Source: Felis catus (Eukaryota). From it: a stretch of DNA of 64,000 nucleotides. The stretch covers positions 132,744,001 through 132,808,000 of the forward strand of contig NC_058368.1 in assembly GCF_018350175.1 (NCBI RefSeq). Reading direction: 5' to 3'. Shown in pieces: positions 61,280 through 64,000 of the stretch. The notes under the pieces were generated by a model. The model was not told where the DNA came from. It worked only from the letters and a program-made list of their open reading frames with translations, and did no database searches. The first letter of the stretch is position 1; the number at the start of each line of letters is the position of its first letter. Both the position numbers and the translations under genes were made by a program.

Positions 61280-61514
61280 TTTATTTTTTTTAATTTTTTT
61301 ATTTTTTTTAATGTTTATTTATTTTTGAGACAGAGAGAGACAGAGCATGAACGGGGGAGGGGCAGAGAGAGAGAGGGAGACACAAAATCGGAAGCAGGCT
61401 CCAGGTTCTGAGCCATCAGCCCAGAGCCCGACGCGGGGCTCGAACTCACGGACCACGAGATCATGACCTGAGCTGAAGTCGGATGCTTAACTGACTGAGC
61501 CACCCAGGCGCCCC
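61280..61514 (-). mobile_element. Young CanSINE
   Basis: CpG-rich; TSD ctggaaccatttta. Confidence 0.96.
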
Positions 61515-62605
61515 TGGAACCATTTTAAACATACTATAGATTGATGCAAATAAGTAATTATGTTGATCTTAGGAAAAGATTTTCAGTGTAAGAAAAACAT
61601 GTAGAAAATCAAAGAACTTAAGAAAAATCCTATGGGATTACATTGTTATAATGTTAACAATGTAACAATGTTAAATTTGAATTGGATATACTATCAGCAT
61701 TTTTTTCTTTTTCAAATTTACATGTTTCCTAGCACTATTTATTGAAAAGGTCTAGGAGCAGTGACATCCCAGTAGCGATGCTGAAATACTTGACTGAGGC
61801 AACAATCATCATTGAGTGAAACCATTAGTAGAAAGGCAGATGCGAACTTTACCATGAGGGATAATAAGGCTGTCGGCAAGACTGATCAATCTTAGCACCT
61901 TGGAAAGTGAAACAACAGATATTATGTGTCTCCTGATGTGATGCATTATGAAGCACACAGCACTTATCCAGTATCCCTGTGGGAGGGAAAATGCTGACCC
62001 TGAATCTAATCAATTCTTTTGATCCAACTTTCATTTACAGTAAATACAGGGGATAAAGGAGCAAGTTAAATGACACCACAAAAAAAGCAAACATTCTTCA
62101 GACATTATCTGGTTTCTACAACTAGTTAATGGGTTGGGGGTGGGGGGAGGGTCGGAGAAGTGACCTTTTTAGAAAAAAAGATGCTAACAGGCACGATAAG
62201 TAAATGCTATATGTAGAGACATTGTTTGAATTCTTATTCTGAGAACTATAAAAACACACTTTTGATGCAATCAAACATTTTGATTATGGTCTGGATATTA
62301 GACGATGCCAGAGAATTATTGTTAATTTTGTTAAGGGTGATGATGAAATTTCAGTTATGTAAGAAAATGTTTATTTTTGTAGATGTTAATACTGAAGTAT
62401 CATATGATACTTGACATGACACAATGTCTGGGATGCAGGATAAAGTTTGATCGCAGAAAAAAAAGAGAGCAGATGAAGCAAATGTGGCAAAAGTTTTAAT
62501 GTGTTGAATCTGGGTAATATACATCAGAAACCATTGTATAGGCTCTCTACTCTGGAATATATTTGCAATTTTTCAATACAAAATTTTTTAAGTGAAAAAC
62601 TATTT

Positions 62606-63163
62606 ATATCTGTTCTGGTTACCACTGCTGTGTAACAGAGTACCCCAACATTTATTGGCTTAAATACAATAAATATTGTATCTCATATTTTCTCTGGATC
62701 AGAAGTTTGGGGAGGGCTTGCCTTTGCAGTTCCAGCCCTTGTAATTTCTCGTGTGATTGTGGCTGGCTGTAACAGATATGGGGAGGGGTAGGGCAAGGTG
62801 GGAAGGGAGGCTGGAAGAACTTGAGACTGGCCGGTCAGCTTTCTCAATTGCCATATATAGTCACGGGGCCTTTCTGTGTGCTCTCGCCATGTAGGCTAAT
62901 TTGACCTTTCTGATACACGATGGCCTCAGGGAAGACAATGTTTAGTTGGTGGCTGATGTCTTCAAAAGCGAATATTTCAGTGGACAAAGTAGGAGCGTGT
63001 TGCCTTTTGTGTCCTCACCTGGGAAATCACATAGTGTCATCTCTGTCCTCTATTAGTTGAAGCAGAATCAAAAGTTAGCCCATTTACAAGGACCGAGGTC
63101 AAAGACTGCCCTTTTGATGAGAGGAATATCAAAGGGCTTGTAGATATTTTTTTAACTGCCACA
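62606..63163 (-). mobile_element. MLT1 (ERVL-MaLR) solo LTR
   Basis: 'ttaccactgctgtgtaacagagtaccccaacatttattggcttaaa...ggaaatcacatagtgtcatctctg...ttttgatgagaggaatatcaaa...ttttaactgccaca'. Confidence 0.85.
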
Positions 63164-63216
63164 CCATCCCATATATCTGATGAACAGTCCCCAACTCAAA
63201 AGATCACAAAAGAATT

Positions 63217-63422
63217 GGGGTGCCGGGGTGGCTCTGTCGGTCAAGAATCCCAACTCTTGACTTCGACTCAGGTCATGATCTCAGGGTTCATGAGTTCAAG
63301 CCCCTTGTCAGGCTCTGTGCTGGCAGTGTGGAGACTGCTTGGGATTCTCTCTCTCTCCCTCTCTCTGTCCCTCACCCTCTCTCTTTCTTTCAAAATGAAT
63401 AAATATACTTAAAAAAAAAAAA
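63217..63422 (+). mobile_element. CanSINE
   Basis: Full element; TSD aaaagaattg. Confidence 0.94.
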
Positions 63423-64000
63423 GAATTGATGGTCTTTTTGTAATGGTGACTACCAAGTGGGGCTTTCTGATTCCTAGAACCATGGAACAACTGATTCTTC
63501 TTGAAATTGCCATATAAATCATAGATTTATGTAAGCCTTCTTAACTTGATATCTCTTAAATTACATTATGAGATATGACATGTGAAATGCCCAGCCTAGT
63601 GCTGGGTCTGGAATAGACACTCTATAAATGTTGATATGTAATGCCTGTTTGAATTCCTAAAGAAATTGCTACTGTTGGCATGCACCATTAATAAATAGTA
63701 GTTGGTATAGCTTTGTGATTTTCTGAAAGGTCTGGCACTCTTACAGTCAAAGAAGTGAACCTCTGTAGGAATTTATTCTAAAATGTTGCAGCTGGGCAAT
63801 GGTTGGAGGTAACGGGGAGTGAGTGTTGGGTAGGCCAGAATGCCGATTTTGTTTTTACTTTCCATCAGCTCTTGCTGTCCCCAGATTGCCTTTTTGAAAA
63901 CTTCCCTGAGCAATAGAAAAACAGGAGCGTCTCCCTTATATGAAGTATGAATGTGTCATGCCAAAGCTTTTTATAGAATACTAATGATGTTTAGGATCCA

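Larger units (their letters stand above)
60560..62590 (+). mobile_element. L1MC4/L1MC5-like 3' region interrupted by two SINEs
   Basis: 'ctgaaacaaatgaacctaac', 'ttcctagcactatttattgaaaaggtctag', 'gcaagttaaatgacaccaca', 'atggtctggatattagacgat'. Confidence 0.75.

Noticed and set aside
4529..63422. tRNA genes (A/B-box-like sequences)
   Set aside because: All are tRNA-derived SINE heads with no complete cloverleaf.
17056..63490. Recurring similar peptides (AQVMIS...SSSPASGSVLTAQSLEP; GHDLAVREFEPRVGL) that look like a gene family
   Set aside because: They are translations of CanSINE copies, not genes.
63869..63944. Plus-strand exon candidate near the window end
   Set aside because: Good acceptor but mediocre donor (GAA|gtatga), and no recognisable peptide.
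1..64000. CRISPR arrays, operons or prokaryotic defence systems
   Set aside because: The sequence is mammalian; the repeats are dispersed retroelements with TSDs, not repeat-spacer arrays.

Overview
Mammalian genomic DNA, almost certainly from a cat-family (Felidae) genome. The evidence is about 51 tRNA-derived CanSINEs, including young felid-type copies, plus felid-type L1 3' ends. The window looks intronic or intergenic: I can support no protein-coding exon, see no CpG island, and cannot name a host gene. Most ORF-track entries are chance frames or translated SINE/LINE sequence. Older eutherian repeats are common: L1M, L2, MIR, L3/CR1, MLT1/MLT2, a MER67-like LTR and the hAT MITEs MER5A, MER20 and MER63. 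The most informative items are: (1) a fossil ERV-L provirus fragment at about 39.5-41.25 kb with readable RNase H, integrase and dUTPase motifs, a PPT and a 3' LTR; (2) a U2 snRNA 5' fragment inserted in an L3 element; (3) several nested or repeated retrotransposition events whose order can be read from target-site duplications (TSDs); (4) repeat-poor islands with enhancer-like motif clusters, palindromes and a few exon-like splice-site pairs. I found no convincing novel biological system. Repeat family names come from recalled consensus similarity, not a database search, and boundaries are approximate.
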